Part shown: piece after piece, positions 18,765 to 27,623 of the stretch | Layout of the letters: each line of letters begins with the position of its first letter | Position numbering within the stretch: position 1 is the stretch's first letter | Source: an uncultured Moraxellaceae bacterium | GTDB lineage: Bacteria > Pseudomonadota > Gammaproteobacteria > Pseudomonadales > Moraxellaceae | Reading direction: 5' to 3' | Assembly: GCA_964347985.1 (NCBI GenBank) | Contig: CAYGBB010000001.1 | Coordinates: forward strand, 1-33,837 | DNA length: 33,837 bases | Notes under the pieces: model-generated | Seen by the model: only the letters and a program-made list of their open reading frames with translations | Told to the model about the DNA's origin: nothing | Database searches by the model: none | Program-made: the position numbers and the translations under genes

Positions 18765-18916
18765 TCACCTCGCTTGGCCATCTTGTGGCACTGGCTGCAG
18801 TGGCAACCGTCAACTCATCAATTGCCGTGGTGTGACCGGGGTCACCTTTCATGAACTCAGTATAGGGAGCCGTTTTCCCGGCGTATTGCATGAGTCACTG
18901 TAATGTGTAACGAACT

Positions 18917-20104
18917 ATGAAAGATTTGACTGTAAATAATTCGCATTTGCGGGGGGAAGCCTTCCGCCTGGGGCTTCTCGTCAATCCTCTGGCTGGGCTG
19001 GGTGGGAGCGTGGCGCTCAAGGGCAGTGATGGCGTGGCTGCGGAGGCGTTGGCGCGCGGCGCAACAGCGCAGGCGCCAATACGGGCACGCGCCGTCCTGG
19101 AGGCATTGCTGCCCTGGCGAGACCGTATTCAGGTACTGACAGCAGCTGGAACAATGGGGGCGGATCTGGCTCTGGAGCTGGGATTTGATACCACGACCGT
19201 GCATACCCCTGTTGCCGCAAGCCCCATTGCCACTACCTCTGCATTTAATACTTCTGCTGCCGATACCATTGCTACCGCGCGGGCAATACGGGAGGCCGGT
19301 GCAGACCTGCTCCTGTTTGCGGGTGGCGATGGTACGGCCCGGGATATCTGCAGTGCAATTGGCCTGGCCTTGCCGGTATTGGGGGTTCCGGCAGGGGTAA
19401 AGATGCATTCCGGGGTGTTTGCCGTAACACCCCGTGCAGCGGCTGAAGTGGTGCAGCTGTTACTCAAGGGCGAGCTGGTACTGATCGAGACGGCGGATGT
19501 TCGTGACATTGATGAAGGAGCCTTGCGTGCCGGTCGGGTACAGGCACGCCATTTCGGTGAAATGCGCGTACCTGCCGAGGGGCGGTATCTGCAGCAGGTC
19601 AAATGCAACGGCAAGGAGATCGAGGCACTGGTGTTGCAGGAAATAGCCGCCGACGTTGTCGAGCGCATGCAGGAAAAGGGCGGGACCTGGATTATAGGCC
19701 CGGGCACTACCCCTGCGGCCGTCATGGAGGCGCTGGGCCTGCCAAATACCCTGCTGGGCATGGATGTGGTGCGGGATGGTGAGGTCGTGGCCACGGATGC
19801 TGATGCTGCCACTCTGGAGGCATTTGCCCATGCCGGTGATTGCCATCTGGTCATTACAGCGACGGGCGGACAAGGCATGCTGCTCGGGCGAGGGAATCAG
19901 CAGCTTACGCCGGCGGTACTGCATGCCATTGGTCGCGAGCACATGCTGATTGTTGCCACCCATGAAAAGCTCAAGGCATTGCATGGACGGCCCTTGCTCA
20001 TGGATGTCAGTGACCCCGGACTGGAGCAATCGCTGCAGGGGTTTGTCGAGGTCGTGACCGGTTACCGGAGTCATGTACTTTACCGGCTGGCCACACATTC
20101 CTGA
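18917..20104 (+). CDS. ATP-NAD kinase family protein (AcoX-like)
   Basis: LLVNPLAGLGGSVALKGSDG, LLLFAGGDGTARDI (the GGDGT motif) and LGVPAGVKMHSGVFA match AcoX-type NAD-kinase-fold proteins. Confidence 0.75.
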   Translation: MKDLTVNNSHLRGEAFRLGLLVNPLAGLGGSVALKGSDGVAAEALARGATAQAPIRARAVLEALLPWRDRIQVLTAAGTMGADLALELGFDTTTVHTPVAASPIATTSAFNTSAADTIATARAIREAGADLLLFAGGDGTARDICSAIGLALPVLGVPAGVKMHSGVFAVTPRAAAEVVQLLLKGELVLIETADVRDIDEGALRAGRVQARHFGEMRVPAEGRYLQQVKCNGKEIEALVLQEIAADVVERMQEKGGTWIIGPGTTPAAVMEALGLPNTLLGMDVVRDGEVVATDADAATLEAFAHAGDCHLVITATGGQGMLLGRGNQQLTPAVLHAIGREHMLIVATHEKLKALHGRPLLMDVSDPGLEQSLQGFVEVVTGYRSHVLYRLATHS

Positions 20105-20146
20105 GTCTTTATTGCCGGGCCGTTTTTCGCCTGGTCCGGAGTGTCC

Positions 20147-22861
20147 TTAAAAAATTTCCAGCAGGGGGTATGTTGCCAAGGCTGTGGCGGCGCTTGAAAA
20201 GGTCGCCCAGATGTGGGCACGTATGTCTGAGTTGCCTTGTGATGCCTGCAGGATGGCTGCCATGCGATTGCTGACTCCGAGCTTGGCAAAGATGTTTTTC
20301 AGATGCCATTTCGTGGTGGAAAGCGCAACGCCGATCCGGGTACTGATTTCGTTGTTGCTGAGCCCGTTGCGCAACAGTTGCAGTACTTCCTGTTCCTTGG
20401 CGGTCAAAAGGGTGGAGTCATCCCGTAATTCTGCGTCTGCACTGAGGTTGCCCTGCAGCAAATCCTTGAACATTTCCACATAAATGGCAGGCAGGGGCAG
20501 GTTGCCGACTTCGTGACAGCGTTTGAGAAATCCTCCCAGCCCAGGTGCTTCGTCAAATACCGTGCGGTTTATGCAGGCGATGCTGTAGTGGTCGACCAGT
20601 TTTTTCAGTCGATGCAGAGCAACATTGTCGTCACCCATGAGATGGCGGGTCAGGACAAGATTGGCCTCCACGACTACGGCTCGTGAGTTGGCTCCACTTT
20701 TTTTCAGGGCGCCCAGGATTATCTCAAGGATATGTTCGGCCTCTTCAAAACGCTGGTGAGTACATAACCAGAGTGCGGTAGCCAGCCCGTAACGTTCCCA
20801 TGCCTCGTCGTAGGGGCGGGTGCGTCGCCATGTGCCATTGGCCAGCCGTTCCTGCAGTTGAGAGGCCTCAGCAATGCGGTCCATTGAGTCACGATCATTT
20901 TCTGCATGAGCCTGACGCAGTTCTTCAAAGACCACCTGACTCATGAAGCGATCATAATTCCCGAGTTGCAGAATGCGCTTGAGTTGGGAGAGCAAGCGGG
21001 CTGCCCTGGCAGTCTCGTGGCGAAGGCTTAACAGGCGCGAGAGGGTGAGATAGGTGTAGGCAATGATTTCTGTTGCGCAGGAGGAGCTGACTACCGGGAC
21101 CAGCTCTTCGAGAAGATTAAGTGCGTCTTGTGTCCGGTTCTGTTCATATCGAACGACGGCAGCAGCCGTTGCCGCATTAATCCAGGTTGGTGTATGCGGA
21201 ACGTGGCGCAGTTGCTGGTAATTGTTTTCTGCATTCTGCATGGCTTCAAACATGCGCCCGGTGTTGCGGTGGCAGAGAATCAGGATGAGGTCGGCATAAC
21301 TGCCCAGATAGTCATAACCAAGCTGCTCCAGAACGACTTTTCCCTGTTCGGCGTACTGGAGCGCATTGTTGAAGTCGCCATGCAGAAGATAGTGATACGC
21401 CAGAATAGCCAGAGAGAATGCACGAATGTCATGATTCTGGCTGGACCGTATCAGCAGGGCCTGGTCGGCATTGAGCCGGAAATCAGTGTCATGCTGGAAA
21501 AGTTGCAGCATCAGTTCCAGGAAGAGCAGTGTGGATTCGTCAAGTGTTTGCCTGTTTTCCTGTTGCGGCAGGGCATCCAGATAGTAGCGGGCCTGATTGA
21601 ACCGGCGCGACAGTATCAGTGCGCTGATGAGGGATATGCTGAGATCCCGATCCGAAAGAACAACGTCGTCGGGCAGCGGGTCCAGCCACCGGATGATGTT
21701 GCTGCAGTCGCCCTTGCGGGACCAGCGCTCACAGCTTTTGCGCAGAACTTCCAGAAAGAATCCGGGACGTTTTGTCTGCTCGGCATGGCTCAGTGCCATT
21801 TCATCTTCGCCACGGAGAAGCCACTCGCGAGCCGCTGCTTCGTGCAAAGAGGACTGACGATCCGGTTGTTCTATGGTCAGGCGGTTGCGCAGGAAGTCCT
21901 GGAACAAGGGGTGATAGCGAAACCAGCCCGGGCGTTGCTCGATCATGTGCAGGAACAGTCCCTGCGACATCAGGCGGTCAATCAGACCTGCCGAGTTTTC
22001 GCGCACTAGTACGGTATCGCACAAGGCAGCATCAAAACGCTCGAGCAATGACGAGAACAATAAAAAGTCACGCTGATCTTCTGATAATCCACGCAATACC
22101 ACGTGAGCAAAATAGTCCACCAGTTCTGGCTGCGAACCACTGAATGCCGACAGGGCACTGTCTCCGGCACGCGCACAGGCGAGCAAGGCAATTTTCACGC
22201 CTGCCATCCAGCCCTCGGTTTGTTGCAGCAGCTGGCTGATATGGCTGGCATCAGGAATCTCAATGTCCATTTTTACTGCCAACGCACTGACCTGGGCTGG
22301 CGTAAGGCGCAGGTCATGCCCATCAATCAGCAGCAGGCGGTTGGCCAGTTTGAGGCGGCTCAGGGAAAAATCCGGGTATTCACGGGTGGCAATGATGAAA
22401 TGCACTTGCGCTGGCAGGTACTCGAGCAAGGCAGAAAAGGCATCCTGGACCAGTTGGTGACGGGCTAGCTGGAAATCATCGAGCACGATGAACAGTTCAT
22501 CTTCCACTGCCTGAAAGGCCTGCAGCAGCGACTCGGCTACGCTGTGTGCAGGCAAATGGATGTCGGCGCCCAGCGGGGTATAGGACACCGTATCAAAGTT
22601 GGTGACCACTTCACGCAGGGCATCGGTCAGGCGGGTAAAGAAATGCACCGGGTCGGCATCGCGAGGGTCGAGAACCATCACGACAGTACGTCGTTCCGGT
22701 AGTTGCCATCGCCATTGCTGGAGGAGGGTGGTCTTGCCGAAGCCGGGAGGGGCAAGCAACAGCGTCAGGGCATAGTCGGCACTGCGGTCCAGCAGGCTCA
22801 GCAGTTCTGGACGAGCAATTCGGTTGCCCGGCTCGCGACCGTGGTTTTTTTTACCAGGCAT
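20147..22861 (-). CDS. Large ATP-binding LuxR-family (LAL / MalT-like) transcriptional regulator
   Basis: It has N-terminal Walker A LLLAPPGFGKTTLL, Walker B FIVLDDFQ, a long helical/TPR-like middle and a C-terminal LuxR HTH LTAKEQEVLQLLRNGLSNNEISTRIGVALSTTKWHLKNIFAKLGV. AGGGAG lies 7 nt before ATG 22861. The alternative ATG 22867 is too close to the SD. Confidence 0.9.
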   Translation of the reverse strand: MPGKKNHGREPGNRIARPELLSLLDRSADYALTLLLAPPGFGKTTLLQQWRWQLPERRTVVMVLDPRDADPVHFFTRLTDALREVVTNFDTVSYTPLGADIHLPAHSVAESLLQAFQAVEDELFIVLDDFQLARHQLVQDAFSALLEYLPAQVHFIIATREYPDFSLSRLKLANRLLLIDGHDLRLTPAQVSALAVKMDIEIPDASHISQLLQQTEGWMAGVKIALLACARAGDSALSAFSGSQPELVDYFAHVVLRGLSEDQRDFLLFSSLLERFDAALCDTVLVRENSAGLIDRLMSQGLFLHMIEQRPGWFRYHPLFQDFLRNRLTIEQPDRQSSLHEAAAREWLLRGEDEMALSHAEQTKRPGFFLEVLRKSCERWSRKGDCSNIIRWLDPLPDDVVLSDRDLSISLISALILSRRFNQARYYLDALPQQENRQTLDESTLLFLELMLQLFQHDTDFRLNADQALLIRSSQNHDIRAFSLAILAYHYLLHGDFNNALQYAEQGKVVLEQLGYDYLGSYADLILILCHRNTGRMFEAMQNAENNYQQLRHVPHTPTWINAATAAAVVRYEQNRTQDALNLLEELVPVVSSSCATEIIAYTYLTLSRLLSLRHETARAARLLSQLKRILQLGNYDRFMSQVVFEELRQAHAENDRDSMDRIAEASQLQERLANGTWRRTRPYDEAWERYGLATALWLCTHQRFEEAEHILEIILGALKKSGANSRAVVVEANLVLTRHLMGDDNVALHRLKKLVDHYSIACINRTVFDEAPGLGGFLKRCHEVGNLPLPAIYVEMFKDLLQGNLSADAELRDDSTLLTAKEQEVLQLLRNGLSNNEISTRIGVALSTTKWHLKNIFAKLGVSNRMAAILQASQGNSDIRAHIWATFSSAATALATYPLLEIF

Positions 22862-22965
22862 GGCCATCTCCCTGATTTTTATTGTTTTTTTATGGATGAA
22901 CGACTGCTTTCAGGTGATGAAAGGCTATCACGGATACCCAAACCGGTAAACATCGTGTTCCTTTC

Positions 22966-22996
22966 GCCTCCCCAAGGTCCTTTTACCCTCCCAAGG
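22966..22996 (+). promoter_or_regulatory. Two C-rich CCAAGG boxes upstream of the di-haem gene
   Basis: GCCTCCCCAAGG (22966-22977) and CCCTCCCAAGG (22986-22996) are 19 nt apart on the coding strand. A third copy, CCCCCTCCAAGG, sits on the coding strand upstream of the dioxygenase gene (33547-33536). Function is unknown. Confidence 0.35.
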
Positions 22997-23074
22997 AAGG
23001 GGGGCTGATGGATGCTGGATGTGCAAGATGCACTAGCCGGAATCCATAATGCCGGTGCCAGGAGGGTGACCATC

Positions 23075-25393
23075 ATGAAAACAACAAGAACAGGACAGGC
23101 ACTGGGGTTATTGACCCTGCTGATACTGCCCGGCTGGAGCCTTGCGGCTCCCAGCTTCCCCGAGCAGGAAAAGGTCTGTAATTACGATGCCACGCGCGAG
23201 TTCAGGCGTACGCTGTCGGCCATGTCATTTCCGACGCCAGTAGCCAGCAGCATGCTGGTGAATGGTGTCCAGGCATGGACAGCTGGTTCCACGGCTGTTC
23301 CAACGATCAAGCCGGGCGACACGATTACCTTGCGTGGTACCGGCTTTGGTCAGGGAACGGATATCGACTTCAGCAAGATCATGATTGGCAACAGCCGGGT
23401 GCTGGAAACCGATCTCAGCATGTACAAGCAGATGCTCGATATTATTGCCGAAGTAAATTACGAGCTGGATCAGAAACACAGCACCTGGCCGAAGGATGTT
23501 CTGGGCTGGACGGATACCGAAGTGAGATTCAAGGTGCCGGTACATGCCAGTGCGGGTCCGATCCGGCTTCAGGTGCAGAAGCGTGTCGGACGCATGGGCT
23601 CTCTGACCAAACCGGGGCAGGCTCACAATGTGATTGACGCACAAACCAAGCGTATCACCAGTGATTTTTATCAGCACAAATGCGATGTGGTTTCCGAGCT
23701 GGGTGCCGAGACAAAGGCCATCACACCCATCAAGGTCAATGTCAGCAATACCGGACTGACAAGCCTGGTCGCACAAGGGCGGAAGATTTTCTGGTCATAT
23801 GATTACAACATCGGGCTGGCGCACAAAATGCGCGATCTTGATTGGGCCAAGATATTTTCATACAAGACAACAGACCCGATCACGCGTCAGCCGGCTGACC
23901 CGCGCAAGCTGTTTGGTGCTTACAAGACAGTAGCAGGAGAGGTGCCGGCCGAGGCGATCAACGATGTGTATTTTGATCCCTACCCCATGCCGAATCCGAT
24001 TCCGGGCCTGCTGCTGGTAACGCCGCAAAAAACCAAGGGCAATACGAAGAACACTGGTTGGGTAGGGTACCGCACGGCGGAATCGAGCCATCCCTACACG
24101 GGCAATGGCGCGTGGTCGGGGTTCAACTGTGCATCATGTCATGGCTATCGCATCAGCTACGAGAAAACACCCGGCCAGCAGGTAACGAAGGTAGTCCCCG
24201 GGTTGCCCAATCCGGAATGGAGCATGAAGTGGACGGTGCTGGGTGACAAGGCCGGTGCAACCACGGCGACATTCAAGGGAATTGAAGGCAATGAGGCCGG
24301 GCCATCCTGGGCACCGGGTAATGCCGACATCGACAAGACTACGCTTCTGTACTACATGCCAGCCGGCGTAGGTGAACACAACATCGTGCGCGCGACGGGT
24401 GAAGGCAGTGAGACTGACAATGATTACCAGTTCTCGCCGATCACGATTCCCAATGTGACTAACTACATGCCGATCCGGCGTTCGTTGTCGCACACGGAAT
24501 CGTACGTGGGGTTTGAAGGCTCCTATATCCATTCCGAGGAACCGGATGGTGCCATGGGCTCGATGCGTGCGGATGACCTGAAGGCGCTGACTGCCTACAT
24601 GACGACGCTGGATGGTGATGACAATGATCTGCGCAATGTGGGTCTCTATCGCTGGCTGAAGTCGAAAGGCCAGCTTGCAGCACAGACCGGTAATGCATCT
24701 CTGACGGAGGGCCAGTTTGTGCAAGGGGGATGGAAATCATTCCCGGGTGTGGTCAGCTCGGTTAATCAGGGCAAAACAGCGTTTGATCGCGATTGTGCCA
24801 GCTGTCATGGTGACAAGCTGGGTGCCAATACCAATGAGCGCATGTTCCGTCTGGACCAGGTTGGTCGCTTCTTTACGCCAACGATTTACCAGAAGGATCA
24901 GCAGTCCATTCGTGCCACTTTCCTGCGCGACATGTACTGGGTGCAGTCACGTGGCCTGTTGACTGATGGCCATGTGCGCAACATGGAAGATCTAGTGAAT
25001 CCGGATCGTTGTACGGAGGGTACTGCGCTCTACAACCAGTACTACACCCTGCATGCTGCGGTGCGTCCTGCACTGGGTTCCCCTGACCAGCCTGCCGCAT
25101 GGCCGGACCTGAATCGCAAGGGTGATGTGTTCCGGGTATACAAGAATGTGGAGTACAGCACCACCGACCCGTCTACCAAGCGCAATCGTTTCATTGAGCG
25201 TCACAAGTATTTTGTGACAGTGCCGTGGGATGATGGTCACTACTACTGGGATTACCAGAAAATGCGCCGTGAGTATGGTCCTGGTGAAATGGGAACTGCA
25301 CAGCCCATTGGCATGCCAGCTGCGCCGCATCCCTGGTGTGCAGCAAATGGTGGTGACGTTGATAGCCTGACGCAGTATGTACTGACGCTGTGA
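23075..25393 (+). CDS. Secreted IPT/TIG-domain + di-haem cytochrome c protein (CCP/MauG-like), 772 aa
   Basis: GGAGGG lies 8 nt before ATG 23075. The signal peptide is MKTTRTGQALGLLTLLILPGWSLA. The IPT-like segment is IKPGDTITLRGTGFG...VRFKVPVHASAGPIRLQV. Two CxxCH motifs occur (CASCH at nt 24128-24142 and 24794-24808). The second lies in the context GKTAFDRDCASCHG and is followed by FLRDMYW..RGLLTDGHV..MEDLV, which resembles the CCP PSLRN...PY.H.G segment. Confidence 0.8.
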   Translation: MKTTRTGQALGLLTLLILPGWSLAAPSFPEQEKVCNYDATREFRRTLSAMSFPTPVASSMLVNGVQAWTAGSTAVPTIKPGDTITLRGTGFGQGTDIDFSKIMIGNSRVLETDLSMYKQMLDIIAEVNYELDQKHSTWPKDVLGWTDTEVRFKVPVHASAGPIRLQVQKRVGRMGSLTKPGQAHNVIDAQTKRITSDFYQHKCDVVSELGAETKAITPIKVNVSNTGLTSLVAQGRKIFWSYDYNIGLAHKMRDLDWAKIFSYKTTDPITRQPADPRKLFGAYKTVAGEVPAEAINDVYFDPYPMPNPIPGLLLVTPQKTKGNTKNTGWVGYRTAESSHPYTGNGAWSGFNCASCHGYRISYEKTPGQQVTKVVPGLPNPEWSMKWTVLGDKAGATTATFKGIEGNEAGPSWAPGNADIDKTTLLYYMPAGVGEHNIVRATGEGSETDNDYQFSPITIPNVTNYMPIRRSLSHTESYVGFEGSYIHSEEPDGAMGSMRADDLKALTAYMTTLDGDDNDLRNVGLYRWLKSKGQLAAQTGNASLTEGQFVQGGWKSFPGVVSSVNQGKTAFDRDCASCHGDKLGANTNERMFRLDQVGRFFTPTIYQKDQQSIRATFLRDMYWVQSRGLLTDGHVRNMEDLVNPDRCTEGTALYNQYYTLHAAVRPALGSPDQPAAWPDLNRKGDVFRVYKNVEYSTTDPSTKRNRFIERHKYFVTVPWDDGHYYWDYQKMRREYGPGEMGTAQPIGMPAAPHPWCAANGGDVDSLTQYVLTL

Positions 25394-25406
25394 GTCAACC
25401 GGGTAC

Positions 25407-25440
25407 AAAAACAACGGCCGCAATTGCGGCCGTTGTTTTT
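25407..25440. terminator. Bidirectional hairpin terminator between convergent genes
   Basis: This is the perfect palindrome AAAAACAACGGCCGC-AATT-GCGGCCGTTGTTTTT, with A/T runs on both sides. Confidence 0.85.
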
Positions 25441-25451
25441 GGCAGGATTTT

Positions 25452-27623
25452 TTACCAGGTCTTCGTTACGCCGACATGAGCACTGAGGCGTTCATCCGGC
25501 AGGCCGCCATCGGCGTTGTACATTGCCGGTGCAATGTTCTTCCGGTCAAACAGATTGCGGATATCGAAATTGAGCTGGTAATTACGTGGCTTCCAGTTCA
25601 CATGAACGTCGGTTCTGAAATGGTCTGGCGCAGCTTTTGCCCGAGTCATGCCGAGTGAGTCGGTACGGGTGCGATCGAGCAGGGCGCGCTCATTCAGCCA
25701 GGCCTCCCAGTCTGTCAGGAAGCGGTAACCCAATCCCAGGTTGAGTGTCCATGTAGGGAAGGCGTTGTATTCACTCTCGGATGTCTTGTTCCTGCTTGTC
25801 ACATAGGCGGCATTTCCCTCCAGTCGCCACGCCCCCCACTGGTGATGATGGCTGAGTTCAACGCCCTGGGCATTGTTGCGCCCTGTATTCTGGTACTGGT
25901 TTTCTCCCAGCCCAACCGGGCCGAGCACAATGCCATCCTTCCAGTGGCTGGAGAACAGAACCAGTTCGGTCGCTTGTTGCTGGCTCTTGTATTGCCAGAT
26001 CATTTCAAGGGTATCGATGGTTTCTGCCTTGATGTCCGGGTTTGGCAGCTGGTTCGAGCCGGTGCCCCCGCCATATTGCTCGGCAGCGCTGGGTGCGCGG
26101 AAGGCGTGACTGTAAAGCAGTTTACCCGTCCAGTTCTTGCTATGCGTCCAGATGAGTCCAAGACGGGGCGATGTTGCGCTGCCCACATCGCTGTAGCCAT
26201 CCCAGCGCAGCCCGTAGACGGCAGCAAATTTGCCATCATGAAAGTCACTGCGTACATGCAGCAGGGCATGATCAATGTGGCGGGAAGCGCCTTTGTACGG
26301 GGACTGAGTTTCCACATAGAGGGGGGCATTATCGGGTTGGCGCCGGACAAAGGCGTCGGTGATGGTCAGCCAGTTGCGTCCGAATCCAACGGCCCAACGG
26401 GTATTGCCGAACAGGGCATTTTGTGGACGCAGCAGCGCCTCCAGTCCACGTCTCCGGTCAGCAGTGCCCTGCGACAGTGTGTGAGGACAGTAGAGGGGGG
26501 AAACACCGGTTTGGCCCGGGCTGGTGCGGCATGGCAGGACAACATTACCGAGGGTGGTGAGTGAGTCAGGGTAGTCCTGCAGGTTGGCTATCCAGGTCTG
26601 GTCACTTTCCCACTGGAAAGCCTTTATTTCGAGTTCAAGCGAGTGTGTCAATTCTCGCTGGTGCAGTAATTGTGCTTGCCAGAAATCAGACTCCTGCCCC
26701 ATGACGTCATGCGCACCAGAAAGGCTCAGGCTGGCAAGTTGAAAACTGTTTTGCAGTGGTTGATAGAACTGGGTGCCAATGGCGGGAAACCCGCGTGAGT
26801 CATAACGGTTGCCATACAGGCTGAGTCGCCATAGACCGAAGTCTGATGGGCTTTCGCCACTTTCAACATGCAGGAAACCGGAGGCATCATGTTCATGATT
26901 GTCGCGTACACCAGTGCCTGCCTGCCCGGTGAACGCATCAGTGTATGTATAGGTAAGATCACGGTCGCCCTGATGGGTCAGGGCCAGTCCGCCATCAATG
27001 CGAATGGTTTTTGTGGCGGTATTGCCGATCAGGCTTAGCGATCCGTCTTCATGGCTGCCAGCACGTGCAGCAAGGTGCCTGCTGGCATCACCCAGGCTGC
27101 GCGTGTGGATATCCAGTACACCATGAAAGGCATCCGAACCGTAGAGGGTGCTGCCGGGCCCCCTGATCATTTCGATCCGGCCCAGCAGATCCAGCGGGAT
27201 GAAGGGCAGGTCGTAGGCAGAAGTGGCGTAGCTGTAATTGTTGAGCGGGACGCCATCCAGCAAGGTGGCGATACCGCGAGCGGATAATTCGGTGGCGTAT
27301 CCCCGCACAGCAAACATGCGTGCGCCACCCAGAGATGTGTAGGTGGATACAGCAGGCACCTGTTCCAGGGCTTCGCCCAGTGTCTGGGCGGCGCGCCGTT
27401 CCCAGTCTTCCGGTTGCAGCACAGCGACAGAGGCGGCAGCGTTGAAAACCGTTTCTTCATAGGGAGAAGCCACCGAGACGCGCACTTCCATCAGTGACTC
27501 AAGCGGCATCTCGAACAGATCCGGTTCGGCGGACATTGCTAATGGCGCAGCGCACATCCACGCCCATGCAGCAACTGAAAGAATGATTGTTTCAAGTCTG
27601 GCATGAGCCTGGTGGCGAGACAT
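25452..27623 (-). CDS. TonB-dependent outer-membrane receptor
   Basis: It has a signal peptide, then DLFEMPLESLMEVRVSVAS (the N-terminal motif of the TBDR subclass linked to YfiR/CHASE8 modules). The plug contains IEMIRGPGSTLYGSDAFHGVLDI. A long beta-barrel follows and the protein ends in an aromatic residue (..TKTW). The start overlaps the kinase stop (TGATG). Confidence 0.9.
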   Translation of the reverse strand: MSRHQAHARLETIILSVAAWAWMCAAPLAMSAEPDLFEMPLESLMEVRVSVASPYEETVFNAAASVAVLQPEDWERRAAQTLGEALEQVPAVSTYTSLGGARMFAVRGYATELSARGIATLLDGVPLNNYSYATSAYDLPFIPLDLLGRIEMIRGPGSTLYGSDAFHGVLDIHTRSLGDASRHLAARAGSHEDGSLSLIGNTATKTIRIDGGLALTHQGDRDLTYTYTDAFTGQAGTGVRDNHEHDASGFLHVESGESPSDFGLWRLSLYGNRYDSRGFPAIGTQFYQPLQNSFQLASLSLSGAHDVMGQESDFWQAQLLHQRELTHSLELEIKAFQWESDQTWIANLQDYPDSLTTLGNVVLPCRTSPGQTGVSPLYCPHTLSQGTADRRRGLEALLRPQNALFGNTRWAVGFGRNWLTITDAFVRRQPDNAPLYVETQSPYKGASRHIDHALLHVRSDFHDGKFAAVYGLRWDGYSDVGSATSPRLGLIWTHSKNWTGKLLYSHAFRAPSAAEQYGGGTGSNQLPNPDIKAETIDTLEMIWQYKSQQQATELVLFSSHWKDGIVLGPVGLGENQYQNTGRNNAQGVELSHHHQWGAWRLEGNAAYVTSRNKTSESEYNAFPTWTLNLGLGYRFLTDWEAWLNERALLDRTRTDSLGMTRAKAAPDHFRTDVHVNWKPRNYQLNFDIRNLFDRKNIAPAMYNADGGLPDERLSAHVGVTKTW

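Noticed and set aside
18787-18810. Sigma-54 promoter suggested by TGGCAC...TGCA and a second TGGCAA
   Set aside because: The GG-to-GC spacing is 10 nt, not the required 12, in the first case. There is no GC at the right distance in the second.
21128-22009. 293-aa plus-strand ORF inside the LAL regulator gene
   Set aside because: It is an antisense shadow with no SD or family motifs. The opposite frame has Walker A/B and continues uninterrupted into the LuxR HTH.
25407-25440. Shared terminator stem as a DNA-uptake sequence, like Neisseria DUS pairs
   Set aside because: The stem AACGGCCGC does not match any DUS or USS dialect I know. Three copies in one window cannot establish genome-wide over-representation. 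I kept it only as a REP-like possibility.
25842-26564. 240-aa plus-strand ORF inside the TonB-dependent receptor gene. Similar shadows occur at 19129-19878 (-), 9340-9996 (-) and 12007-12621 (-).
   Set aside because: All lie opposite genes with unambiguous family signatures, lack ribosome-binding sites and have low-complexity compositions typical of GC-rich antisense frames.
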